From the NCBI GenBank assembly GCA_963634265.1, contig CAVHCH010000067.1, positions 6,787 to 70,786 on the forward strand: a stretch of DNA of 64,000 nt. The letters are read 5' to 3'. Of the stretch, positions 36,550 to 45,513 are shown one piece after another; position 1 is the first letter of the stretch, and each line of letters opens with the position of its first letter. The position numbers and the translations under genes are program-made. Under the pieces are notes generated by a model. It was given only the letters and a program-made list of their open reading frames with translations, ran no database searches and was not told where the DNA came from. This stretch comes from Bacteroidaceae bacterium. Lineage in GTDB: Bacteria; Bacillota; Clostridia; Oscillospirales; Oscillospiraceae.

Positions 36550-38343
36550 TTACTTCTTGGCCTTGCTGTCCACCACATCGCGGAGCAGGGCGGTGAACTC
36601 GTCCATAGACATGGCGCCCAGGTCGCCGTCGGCGCGGTGGCGGGGGGACACGGTGCCGTTTTCCATGTCGCGGTCGCCCACCACCACCATGTAGGGCACC
36701 TTTTCTACCTGCGCGTCGCGGATCTTCTTGCCGATCTTCTCGTTGCGGTAGTCCACCTCCACCCGGAAGCCCTGTGCCTCCAGGGCCTTGGCGGCGTCGG
36801 CGCAGTAGTCGGCGGCGCGGTCGGTGACGGGCAGGAAGCGCACCTGCTCGGGAGCCATCCAGGTGGGCAGAGCCCCGGCGTACTCCTCCAGGAGGTAGGC
36901 CAAGGTGCGCTCATAGCAGCCCAGAGAGGTACGGTGGATGATGTACGGCAGAGCCTTCTCGCCGTTCTCATCAATATAATACATACCGAAGCGCTGGGCC
37001 AGGAGCATATCGATCTGAATGGTGACCAGGGTGTCCTCCTTGCCGAACACATTCTTATACTGAATGTCCAGCTTGGGGCCGTAGAAGGCGGCCTCGTCGA
37101 TGCCGATCTCGTACTTCACATCCAGGTCGTCCAAAATCTGGCCCATGACGCGCTGGGCCTCGTCCCACTGCTCCTTGGTGCCCTCGTACTTGTTGTTGGG
37201 GTTGGCGGGGTCCCACTGGGAGAAGCGGAAGGTACACTTATCCAGCAGGCCCACGGTGCCCAGGAAATACTTAGCCAGCTCCAGGCAGCCCTTGAACTCC
37301 TCCTCCAGCTGATCCGGGCGCAGCACCAGGTGGCCCTCGGAAATGGTGAACTGGCGCACGCGGATGAGGCCGTGCATCTCGCCGGAATCCTCATTGCGGA
37401 ACAGGGTGGAGGTCTCGCCCAGGCGCATGGGCAGGTCGCGGTAGGACCGCTGACGGTTCAGATACACCTGGTACTGGAAGGGGCAGGTCATAGGCCGCAG
37501 GGCGAAGCACTCCTTGGTCTCGTCGTGGGGGTCACCCATGACGAACATACCGTCCAGGTAGTGGTCCCAGTGGCCGGAGATTTTATAAAGCTCGCGCTTT
37601 GCCATCAGCGGGGTCTTGGTCAGCAGGTAGCCGCGCTTTTGCTCGGTGTCCTCCACCCAGCGCTGCAAAAGCTGGATGACCCGGGCGCCCTTGGGCAGCA
37701 GAATGGGCAGGCCCTGGCCGATGTAGTCCACGGTGGTGAAATACTCCAGGTCGCGGCCCACCTTGTTGTGGTCGCGCTTGAGAGCCTCCTCCCGCTGCTT
37801 CAGGTACTCCTCCAGCTCCTCCTTCTTGGGGAAGGCCACGGCGTAGATACGCTGGAGCATCTTGCGGTTGCTGTCGCCGCGCCAGTAAGCGCCGCAGCAC
37901 TGGGTCAGCTTGATGGCGTTGCCCTTGATGCGGCCGGTGGAGTCCAGGTGGGGGCCTGCGCACAGGTCCACGAACTCGCCCTGCTTATAAAAAGAGATGT
38001 GCGCGTCGGCGGGCAGATCGTTGATCAGCTCCACCTTGTAAGGCTCCTCCTTCTCCTGCATGAAGGCGATGGCCTCTTCCCGGGGCAGCTCGAAGCGCTC
38101 CAGCTTCAGCTTCTCCTTGCAGATCTTGCGCATCTCCGCCTCCAGAGCGTCCAGATGCTCCTGGGTGAAGTTGAAGGGGGCATCGAAGTCGTAGTAGAAG
38201 CCGCCCTCGATGGACGGGCCGATAGCCAGCTTCACCTCCGGGTACAGGCGCTTCACGGCCTGGGCCAGCACATGAGAGCAGGTGTGCCAATAGGTGCGGC
38301 GGTAGTCCTTGTTTTCAAAGGTGTAGATGTTTTCTTCGCTCAT
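36550..38343 (-). CDS. thrS: Threonine--tRNA ligase
   Basis: WHTCSHVLAQAV, DLCAGPH, GAYWRGD, RDHNK, RPMTCP, AAFYGPKLD, IIHR motifs. Confidence 0.98.
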   Translation of the reverse strand: MSEENIYTFENKDYRRTYWHTCSHVLAQAVKRLYPEVKLAIGPSIEGGFYYDFDAPFNFTQEHLDALEAEMRKICKEKLKLERFELPREEAIAFMQEKEEPYKVELINDLPADAHISFYKQGEFVDLCAGPHLDSTGRIKGNAIKLTQCCGAYWRGDSNRKMLQRIYAVAFPKKEELEEYLKQREEALKRDHNKVGRDLEYFTTVDYIGQGLPILLPKGARVIQLLQRWVEDTEQKRGYLLTKTPLMAKRELYKISGHWDHYLDGMFVMGDPHDETKECFALRPMTCPFQYQVYLNRQRSYRDLPMRLGETSTLFRNEDSGEMHGLIRVRQFTISEGHLVLRPDQLEEEFKGCLELAKYFLGTVGLLDKCTFRFSQWDPANPNNKYEGTKEQWDEAQRVMGQILDDLDVKYEIGIDEAAFYGPKLDIQYKNVFGKEDTLVTIQIDMLLAQRFGMYYIDENGEKALPYIIHRTSLGCYERTLAYLLEEYAGALPTWMAPEQVRFLPVTDRAADYCADAAKALEAQGFRVEVDYRNEKIGKKIRDAQVEKVPYMVVVGDRDMENGTVSPRHRADGDLGAMSMDEFTALLRDVVDSKAKK

Positions 38344-38370
38344 GGTAAAATTTCTCCTTTCTTGGGGTGA

Positions 38371-38612
38371 CAAAAAACCTCACCCCTGACAAAATTCAGG
38401 GGTGAGGTAAAAAGTTTTACTCCACGGTTCCACCCTGCTTACGGAAAACTTTCCGTCGCTCGTGATCTCTGTAACGGGAGAGCCCGGCCCGCTCCTCACG
38501 GGCAGCTCGGGAGTGGTACCGATCCGTCTTCACCGCGGAGCGCTTTCAGCCGGGGCGCTCCTCTCTTTGGCGGCGGGGGTCAGATCTCTTCTCCGTCAAC
38601 GCATTTTCTTGA
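38371..38612 (-). promoter_or_regulatory. T-box riboswitch (Thr) leader of thrS
   Basis: AGAGA and GCTG stem-I motifs, ACC specifier (GGTACCACTCCC), T-box AGCAGGGTGGAACCGTGG, terminator ACCTCACCCCTG..CAGGGGTGAGGT-T6; promoter TTGACA-17-TATAAT (38650-38622). Confidence 0.92.
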
Positions 38613-38646
38613 TTACAGCATATTATAAGCACCTTTTCCCGGCTTG

Positions 38647-40167
38647 TCAACGGACAATTTGCAAATTTTTCTCCTGCAAAATTTCCTCCGCCTTGTCTAC
38701 CACGATAGCCTGGGGCGCCACGGCCAGCAGCTTCTCCCGGCCCCGGAAGCCCCAACTCACGCCGATGTAGTTCATGCGGCAGTTCCACGCCGTCTGAATG
38801 TCCACCTCGCTGTCGCCCACATAGATGGCGTACTCCCGGGGGCAGCCCAGCGTCTCCAGGGCGTGCAGCACCAGGTCCGGGGCGGGCTTGGCGGGCAGGT
38901 CGTCCCGCTGGCCGAAGGCAGGCACGCCGGGGAAGAATTTCTCGGCCAGGGCCTTGGTGGTGGGGTCGGGCTTGTTGGAGACGATAGCCACCTGCACGCC
39001 GGCCTTTTGGAGTTTATCCAGCAGCTCCGGGATGCCCGGATAGGGCCGGGTCTTGACGCAGTTGTGGGCCTGGTACCAGGTCTTGTACTCTGCCAGCAGG
39101 GCGGCAAATTCCGCCTCCCCCACCGTCTCCGGCAGGGCCCGGCGCAGGAGCTTGGCCGCGCCGTTTCCCACGAATGCGCGCACCTCCTCCAGGGTCCGGG
39201 CCGGGTAGCCGTGGGCCGTGAGCACATGGTTGAGAGAGTCCTTTAGGTCCTCCAGGGTGTCCAGCAGGGTGCCGTCCATGTCAAACAGCACGGCCCGGGC
39301 CCGGTTTTTTTTATGAAACACCGGCAGTTGGGGCAGCAGAATGCTTCCCAAGATCAGCGCGATGCCCACATAGCCCCAAGCCGTCACCCGCTCCCGGAGC
39401 AGAACGGCCCCGAAAATGGTGGCAAAGGCCGGGCTCAATGCGCAGAACAGGCTGGCCCGGTCGGCGCTGATGTGGCTCTGAGCCACGGGCTGGAGGGTGT
39501 AGCCAAAGCCGGTACACACCACCGCCAGGGCCAGGATGATGCCCCACTCGCCGCCGGTCTGGGGCAGCCGGGGCGACTCAAAGAGGAAAGACGCGATGAG
39601 GGCGAACAGGCCCAAAAAGCCCACCTCCAGCACCCCCAGCTCAAAGCCGTCGGCCTTGTGGCTGGTGCGGTCGATGGCGATGATGCCCACGGCGTACAGA
39701 AACGCCGACAGCAGGGCGATGCACTCTCCCGCACCCAGGCGGAAGCTGCCCCCCTCCATGGTCAGCAGGGCCACGCCCCCCACGGCGATGGCGGCGCACA
39801 GCAGGCTCAGGGGCTTGGGGGCCTTGCGGTGCAGGGCCGCCTCCAGCAGCGGCACGAGGATGATAGCCAAATTTTCCAGCAGGGACACCGTGCCGGAGTT
39901 CACGGTTTTGAGCGACAGCATTTCGCAGCTCATCACCAGGAAAAAGAGGAAGCCCACCAGGGCGCCCCCGGCCACCGTACGGCGGTTTAATCCCTTTATT
40001 AGCTTTTTTCCGAACAGGGCCGCCAGGAGCACAAAGGCCAGCAGAAACCGCACCGCCAGCATATTGAACGCGCTCATGGTGCCCAGGCCCATTTTGTTGA
40101 ACACGAAGGAGGTGCTGCGGGCGATGATCACCGCCGCCATCAGCACTTCCGCTCTTCTCACAGACAT
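38647..40167 (-). CDS. EamA/DMT transporter fused to a HAD-IA phosphatase (Gph-like)
   Basis: About 285 aa of DMT repeats, then VLFDMDGTLLDT, SNK, KPAP, YVGDSEVD motifs in frame. Confidence 0.85.
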   Translation of the reverse strand: MSVRRAEVLMAAVIIARSTSFVFNKMGLGTMSAFNMLAVRFLLAFVLLAALFGKKLIKGLNRRTVAGGALVGFLFFLVMSCEMLSLKTVNSGTVSLLENLAIILVPLLEAALHRKAPKPLSLLCAAIAVGGVALLTMEGGSFRLGAGECIALLSAFLYAVGIIAIDRTSHKADGFELGVLEVGFLGLFALIASFLFESPRLPQTGGEWGIILALAVVCTGFGYTLQPVAQSHISADRASLFCALSPAFATIFGAVLLRERVTAWGYVGIALILGSILLPQLPVFHKKNRARAVLFDMDGTLLDTLEDLKDSLNHVLTAHGYPARTLEEVRAFVGNGAAKLLRRALPETVGEAEFAALLAEYKTWYQAHNCVKTRPYPGIPELLDKLQKAGVQVAIVSNKPDPTTKALAEKFFPGVPAFGQRDDLPAKPAPDLVLHALETLGCPREYAIYVGDSEVDIQTAWNCRMNYIGVSWGFRGREKLLAVAPQAIVVDKAEEILQEKNLQIVR

Positions 40168-40179
40168 TTTTGTAACCTC

Positions 40180-41703
40180 CTATGTATTTTGCTTTTCTGC
40201 GTCGTCCTGCTTCTCAAACAGGACATCATAGGGCTTCTGGTCGCAATTCTCTTTTTGGCACTTCTTTTCGCAGTCCGGCCCGCAGTGCCCTGTGCAATAT
40301 GCCTGGCACACCTCTTGCAGGGCCAGCATGGCCATAGAGCAGGAGACAGAATAGGTATGCTCGCCTGCGCCGAAGCCGGTGTGCGCAGTTTCCGCCCGGA
40401 TGCAGATTTTATCCAGACGGTGGGCCAGGGCCTCCTGCAGCTTCCACATATTTCCTGCCGTGATCTTTTCGCCGTTCAGCACCTCCGACTCCTCCGGCAC
40501 CAAATAGCTTATCATGGAGATGTCGCCCTTACGCTTATCCTTATACAGCCCCAGGCGGCTGATGCCTACAAACTCGGACTTTCCCGCTTTCGACAGCCAG
40601 CGGAAATAGCCGGTGATCCTGGTGGTCAGGCAAGCCTTAAATTTCCGGTCGTCGACGCCGCGTTTGCCCACGGACTCCTCCCACAGTTCCCGGTTCATGC
40701 CTTCGATCACGGTCTCGCGCAGACCGTTCGGTTTGCCAAGGTGCTTCTTGCAGTCCTCCCAGTTGGCCGAGCCGCTGCCGCTGGCCACCAACTGGCCCGT
40801 GCTGCACTGGGCCAGACGATTCTGCGTCCAAAGGATGATATAGTTGTTGTCCAAAAAGCACAGGGTCGTCACGCCCGGCTCATTGGCCATGGTATATTTA
40901 TCCAAGGGCTTTAGGCGGCGACGGCACTGGCCGTTTTCCCCCTTTTCCTCCTCATAGGGGAGCCAATCTGTCCAACGGTTTACATCGGGGATCTCCGCCA
41001 AAACTGCATTGTCCCGGTTGCGCAAAACTCGATGGCCAGGGCTGATATTGGTGAGGTAGGAGTCAAAATAGCAGGTCTTACGCACCTGCACCGGCTGATC
41101 GACAACCAGCTCCGCGGAAATGCCGTATTTTTTCTCATTATAAAACTGCTTGCCGGTGTACAGGGCCTCCCGGTGCTTATCCCGCAGAAACGGTGCAAAC
41201 ACCTCGGGCCAGTTCTCATGGTTCCGAATCAGGTCCTTGAGCTCTTTTTCGGCAGCTTTATTCTCTTCCAGCCTGATCTCCTTAGGCCCCCGCAGCCATT
41301 GGTCGATGGCTGCGCAGCGAAATACCCGCTCCGTTTTTCCGCCGCCCATGTCCAGGTCCAGGGCTTCCCAGTCCTTGTTAGGCGGTGCAACCTCCTTATA
41401 AAAATCCTCGATGGGCTCCTGGTGGGTGAAGCGGTCGTCATAATTTTTCGCCATATCCACCAGCTTCAGCAGGCACGACAGCAGAAAGGTCATCACATAG
41501 CCCACCCGGTACCAAAAACTGCCGTCAATGAGGCTGAAAATGTCCAGCACAAAGCTGACGATGGAGCACACAAACAGGATGAGCTTGATCATCCCGATCC
41601 AGCTCAGGTTGCTCCCAATGGTGTACTTGCAGTAGTCCACCCGATTGTCCAAAGGCACGCGCAGGGAATGAAAACGCTGGGTCTTGTTCTCCAAAAGGCT
41701 CAT
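40180..41703 (-). CDS. Uncharacterised 2TM protein with divergent NUDIX-like domain and Cys-rich tail
   Basis: Two N-terminal TM helices; SGSGSANWED...GMNRELWEES resembles the Nudix REUXEE box; six-Cys C-terminus. Confidence 0.6.
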   Translation of the reverse strand: MSLLENKTQRFHSLRVPLDNRVDYCKYTIGSNLSWIGMIKLILFVCSIVSFVLDIFSLIDGSFWYRVGYVMTFLLSCLLKLVDMAKNYDDRFTHQEPIEDFYKEVAPPNKDWEALDLDMGGGKTERVFRCAAIDQWLRGPKEIRLEENKAAEKELKDLIRNHENWPEVFAPFLRDKHREALYTGKQFYNEKKYGISAELVVDQPVQVRKTCYFDSYLTNISPGHRVLRNRDNAVLAEIPDVNRWTDWLPYEEEKGENGQCRRRLKPLDKYTMANEPGVTTLCFLDNNYIILWTQNRLAQCSTGQLVASGSGSANWEDCKKHLGKPNGLRETVIEGMNRELWEESVGKRGVDDRKFKACLTTRITGYFRWLSKAGKSEFVGISRLGLYKDKRKGDISMISYLVPEESEVLNGEKITAGNMWKLQEALAHRLDKICIRAETAHTGFGAGEHTYSVSCSMAMLALQEVCQAYCTGHCGPDCEKKCQKENCDQKPYDVLFEKQDDAEKQNT

Positions 41704-42533
41704 AGCTTCTCCTCCTTGATCTGCGCCGCCACGGCGCTGGTGTCGTCCCGCCGCTTGAACCGGGGCACGGCCAGCAGGGCCCGGTCCTGCTCCTGTTTTT
41801 CATATAAAATATCCATGAGGCGCCCGGCCCCCTGGTCCAAGACCTGCTTATGAAGCGCCGCCGGGCCCCACGCCGGCACGAACTGGCTCAACTGGGCGAA
41901 CCCGTCCGACCAGGCACACACGGACCGGCACGCCGCTATGGGCAGCTCCACCAGCCTTGCCCGGGCGATGCCCGCCCCGGTGGGGTCCAGGGTCCAGTAG
42001 CCCCCGGGGGTGTTGTGCAGGGCCCGGTGCTTTTGCAGCACCGGGGTGACCCACGCCCGGGCCTCCTCCATGGTGCAGCCGGTGGCCCGGCAATGGGCCT
42101 GCATCTGCGCGATCGCCGCCCGGTCCAGGGCCGCCAGGGCCTTGTCCTCCCAGACGCGCACAGAGCCGTCCGCCATCGCAGCGGAGGCGGTACAGTCGCC
42201 CAGTTGCAGCAGCTCCAGCCGCTCGCCCCGGCAGCGCCAAATGGCGATGGATGCCGTGGGCATGGCCGCCTCCGGCCCCCGCCACTGGCACAGCACCCGG
42301 TCCATGGCGGCGCCCAGGATGTCCGGCAAGGCCGCGTTTTCCGAGAGCGTCTCCCGCAAAAGCTGCGCCGTGGTCCCGGCGAACCACCGGGCGTCGCTGA
42401 CCGGGTCCATGTAGTTCTCCCCGCTCAGGCCCGTGGCCCCGTCGATGACGAATAAAAACTCCCGCTGGGCCCACACGGTGTCCTCGTTTTCCCGAAGCCC
42501 CGCCCGGGTCACCGCCTGCGTCGCGCAAAACAT
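41700..42533 (-). CDS. PP2C-like (PP2C_2) metal-dependent phosphatase
   Basis: ENED, VIDGATG, LGDC, SDGF, DDTS metal-ligand motifs; 4-nt overlap with the next gene. Confidence 0.85.
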   Translation of the reverse strand: MFCATQAVTRAGLRENEDTVWAQREFLFVIDGATGLSGENYMDPVSDARWFAGTTAQLLRETLSENAALPDILGAAMDRVLCQWRGPEAAMPTASIAIWRCRGERLELLQLGDCTASAAMADGSVRVWEDKALAALDRAAIAQMQAHCRATGCTMEEARAWVTPVLQKHRALHNTPGGYWTLDPTGAGIARARLVELPIAACRSVCAWSDGFAQLSQFVPAWGPAALHKQVLDQGAGRLMDILYEKQEQDRALLAVPRFKRRDDTSAVAAQIKEEKL

Positions 42534-42695
42534 CCCTGCACCTCCATTTCTGTCGAATCACAGTCATTATATACCGTTCCGGCCCGCAAAGTAAAGCCCG
42601 CAGCGCCGATTTTCCGTCCATTTTCTCCCCAAAAGTCCGCGTTGCAAAGGGCGGGCGGCTGTGCTATACTGATAAAAAATCTTTTGAGGTGCCTC

Positions 42696-43487
42696 ATGGA
42701 ACGAATTTTGGCCTATCTCGGCTCCTACAAGTTCATTTTCAGCCTCTGCATCGTGGCCGCCGCCCTGGTGTGCTGGGTGCTGCTGCGGCACCTGATTCAC
42801 CGCTTCACGGAGAAGATCACTACGGACAATGCCCTCTCAGGCCGCCGCCAGACCTACCTGGCCCTGGGTCTGAATTTCGTCCGGGGGCTGCTGGCGCTGC
42901 TGGCGCTGATCTTGGTTTTGCAGGTCCACGGGGTGAATGTGTCCTCCCTGGTGGCCGGGCTCGGCATCATCGGTGCCATCGTGGGCCTGGCGCTGCAAGA
43001 CCTGCTGAAGGATGTCATCATGGGCACGAACATCCTCACCGGGGAGTTTTTCGCCGTGGGCGATGTGGTGAAATACGGCGATGTGACGGGGGAAGTGGTG
43101 CAGTTTTCTCTCCGGGCCACCAAGCTCCGGGACCTGGCTACCAATAATATCGTCACCATTTCCAACCGAAATATTTTCCAGGTAGCCCGGGTCAGCGACG
43201 ACATTTTCCTCACGGTGTCCACCTCCTATGACGACGATTCCAAAGCCATCGAGCCCTTTTTGCAGCAGCTGGCCGGGGAGATCGCCGCGCTGCCGGATGT
43301 GGAGGGCTGCACCTACCTGGGGCTTTCCAAGCTGGGGGATTGGTCGGTGGACTATCTCTTGGGCCTCCGGGCCAAGCCCACGGTGCAAAACGCCGTCCGC
43401 CGCCGGGCCCTGGGCCACATCCGCCGCCGCTTCCTGGAAGCCGGCTTCACCATCCCCTACCCGCAGATGGATGTGCATACGGACTGA
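42696..43487 (+). CDS. mscS: MscS-family mechanosensitive channel
   Basis: SLVAGLGIIGAIVGLALQDLLKDVIMG, FAVGDVV, IPYPQMDV motifs. Confidence 0.92.
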   Translation: MERILAYLGSYKFIFSLCIVAAALVCWVLLRHLIHRFTEKITTDNALSGRRQTYLALGLNFVRGLLALLALILVLQVHGVNVSSLVAGLGIIGAIVGLALQDLLKDVIMGTNILTGEFFAVGDVVKYGDVTGEVVQFSLRATKLRDLATNNIVTISNRNIFQVARVSDDIFLTVSTSYDDDSKAIEPFLQQLAGEIAALPDVEGCTYLGLSKLGDWSVDYLLGLRAKPTVQNAVRRRALGHIRRRFLEAGFTIPYPQMDVHTD

Positions 43488-43554
43488 TTTGTGCATAAAA
43501 CGAGAAAAAGCAGGCCCTCGGGTCTGCTTTTTCGCTGCCAAAATATCTTCCATT

Positions 43555-43762
43555 CGTAGGGACCGATGCCCACATTGGCCCGCCGGACTTGTACAGCATT
43601 TCTTGTAATGTGTCATTGCGAGGTCAGTGCGCACACTGGCCGTGGCAATCCGTACTCCAAAGCCTCCCCTGCGTAAGGGGAGGTGGCGCGAAGCGCCGGA
43701 AGGGTCGGCTACCGCACCCCTTGTTACGCACACGGCGGCGTGAGGGCACGCCGCCCTACAAT
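43555..43762. repeat. Palindromic repeat cluster (inverted orientation)
   Basis: GTCATTGCG..GTGGCAATCC then GCCTCCCCTGCGTAAGGGGAGGTGGCGCGAAGCGCCGGAAGGGTC. Confidence 0.85.
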
Positions 43763-43838
43763 ATTGCCCCCATCTCTCCCCAAAAGCCACGCTGGGCAGC
43801 GGGACCTCTTTCGTCCCGCCGCCCGGCGCTATACTGTA

Positions 43839-45152
43839 TTATATTGTCCCATTCAAAAACGCCGCCGCTATGGCCTGGCCTACCCGGCGCTGGGATTCCT
43901 CCGGGAGCAAAATTTCCGTCGTCTCCCCGGTGTCCTCAAGCGCCGCCCGGCACGCGCGCACCAGGTACTCGCCGCCTGCGCCGGCTACTACCCGGCCCAA
44001 AAGCAGCACGCTTTCGCAGCCCGTGAGCCGCTTATACCAGGGCAGGGTCAGGCCCAAAAGCCGACCCAACTCCGAAAAGGCCGCCAGGGCCCGGTCGTCT
44101 CCGGCCTCGGCCCGGTCCTGCACCCAGCGGAGCCTTTCCGCCGGGGTCGCCCCCTCCGGGGCAAGGCCCCTCTGGGCGGTCAGGCGCAGCACGCCCTCCT
44201 GGGAGAAGTACCGCTCGCCCACGCCCCGGTCCCCGGACCAGGGGTCCACCGGGGCCTGGGCCGCCACATCCACCGGCAAAAACGCCAGCTCATTGAGCCG
44301 CCCGGTGATGCGTCCGCCGCCGTCCACATAGCCCCCGGCCTGGCTGGTGCCCAGGGCGATACCCAGCAGCTTCCGCCGCCTTAGGCGCACGGCCCCGGCC
44401 AGGGCCGCCACATCGCCGTCGTTGCACACGGCCCAGGGCACATCGCCGCAGACCGCCCGCACCGCCCGGCGCAGGATGTCCCGGCCCGCCCGGTCAAAGT
44501 CCGCCTGCTCCACGCCCATAAACAGGCTGGAGCGGCGAATTTCGCCGTCTATGACCACCCCTGCGGTGGAAATGCCCACGCTGTCCACCCGGGGCAGGTG
44601 AGCCTTGGCCGCCCGCAGGGCCGCCGTGATACCCTCATAGTGATAGCGCAGGTCCGCCGCCGTTTTGGGCTGCCAGACCACCTCCTCGGTGTAAACGGTC
44701 TCCCCGTCTATCACCGCCGCGGCCTTGCGGTCGCTGCCGCCCAGGTCGATGCCGATGCGGCACCCCGCCTTTTGGGCCGTCACCGCCGACGCCGCGTCCC
44801 GCTCCGGGGGCAGCGCCGGGCGCAAGGCAACCTCAAAGGGCTGCCGGTAAATGCCGGACATGAACGCCCGGTCAAAGTCCCGCGCCCCCGCCGGGCTGTA
44901 CGCCCTTTGCAGCCAGCGGAAAACCGCTTCGTCCGCCGTCACCAGGGTGCAGCCCCCCTGGAGCCACAGGGCCGTTTTCACCAAAAGCTGCGCGTATTTT
45001 TCGTCCGCCGACGCCAGGGCCTCGTCCCGGTGCAGGCCCAGGTTCAGATGCACGCAGCCACCGGGCCGCGCCACCGCCACCGGGACCCAGCGGTCCGCCG
45101 TGGCCTCGTGGCTCTGCACAAAGTCGAAAACGGGGCGAAACTCAGTCGCCAT
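43839..45152 (-). CDS. ROK-family sugar kinase/regulator with N-terminal extension
   Basis: IGIDLGGSDRK, GISTAG, NDGDVAALAG, LGTSQAGG, NELAF motifs. Confidence 0.82.
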   Translation of the reverse strand: MATEFRPVFDFVQSHEATADRWVPVAVARPGGCVHLNLGLHRDEALASADEKYAQLLVKTALWLQGGCTLVTADEAVFRWLQRAYSPAGARDFDRAFMSGIYRQPFEVALRPALPPERDAASAVTAQKAGCRIGIDLGGSDRKAAAVIDGETVYTEEVVWQPKTAADLRYHYEGITAALRAAKAHLPRVDSVGISTAGVVIDGEIRRSSLFMGVEQADFDRAGRDILRRAVRAVCGDVPWAVCNDGDVAALAGAVRLRRRKLLGIALGTSQAGGYVDGGGRITGRLNELAFLPVDVAAQAPVDPWSGDRGVGERYFSQEGVLRLTAQRGLAPEGATPAERLRWVQDRAEAGDDRALAAFSELGRLLGLTLPWYKRLTGCESVLLLGRVVAGAGGEYLVRACRAALEDTGETTEILLPEESQRRVGQAIAAAFLNGTI

Positions 45153-45513
45153 CGGTGATAGCGCCGCTCAGGTCCACGCTCTTGCCGTCCCGCCACAGAC
45201 GCTCCAGGCCGTAAAATTCCCGGGCCTCGCCGCTGAACACATGCACGGCCACGCATCCGTAGTCCAGCAGGACCCAGGTGCCGCCCCGGTAGCCCTCCCG
45301 GTGCAGGGGCTCCTCGCCGGCCTGCTCCGTGAGCACCTTTTCCACATTGTCCACCAATGCGTTGATCTGCGTGTTGGACGAGCCCGTAGCCAGGACGAAA
45401 TAGTCCGCCAGGGTGGTCAGGTCGGCAATTTCCAGCACCTGAATTTCCCGTCCCTTCTTCTCCGACAGCGCCTGGGCCGCCAGCAGCGCCAGTTCCTTGG
45501 GTGATTTATTCAT
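45142..45513 (-). CDS. rsfS: Ribosome silencing factor RsfS
   Basis: KKGREI, LADYFVLATG, EGY..WVLLDYG..VHVF..REFYGLERLW. Confidence 0.96.
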   Translation of the reverse strand: MNKSPKELALLAAQALSEKKGREIQVLEIADLTTLADYFVLATGSSNTQINALVDNVEKVLTEQAGEEPLHREGYRGGTWVLLDYGCVAVHVFSGEAREFYGLERLWRDGKSVDLSGAITDGD

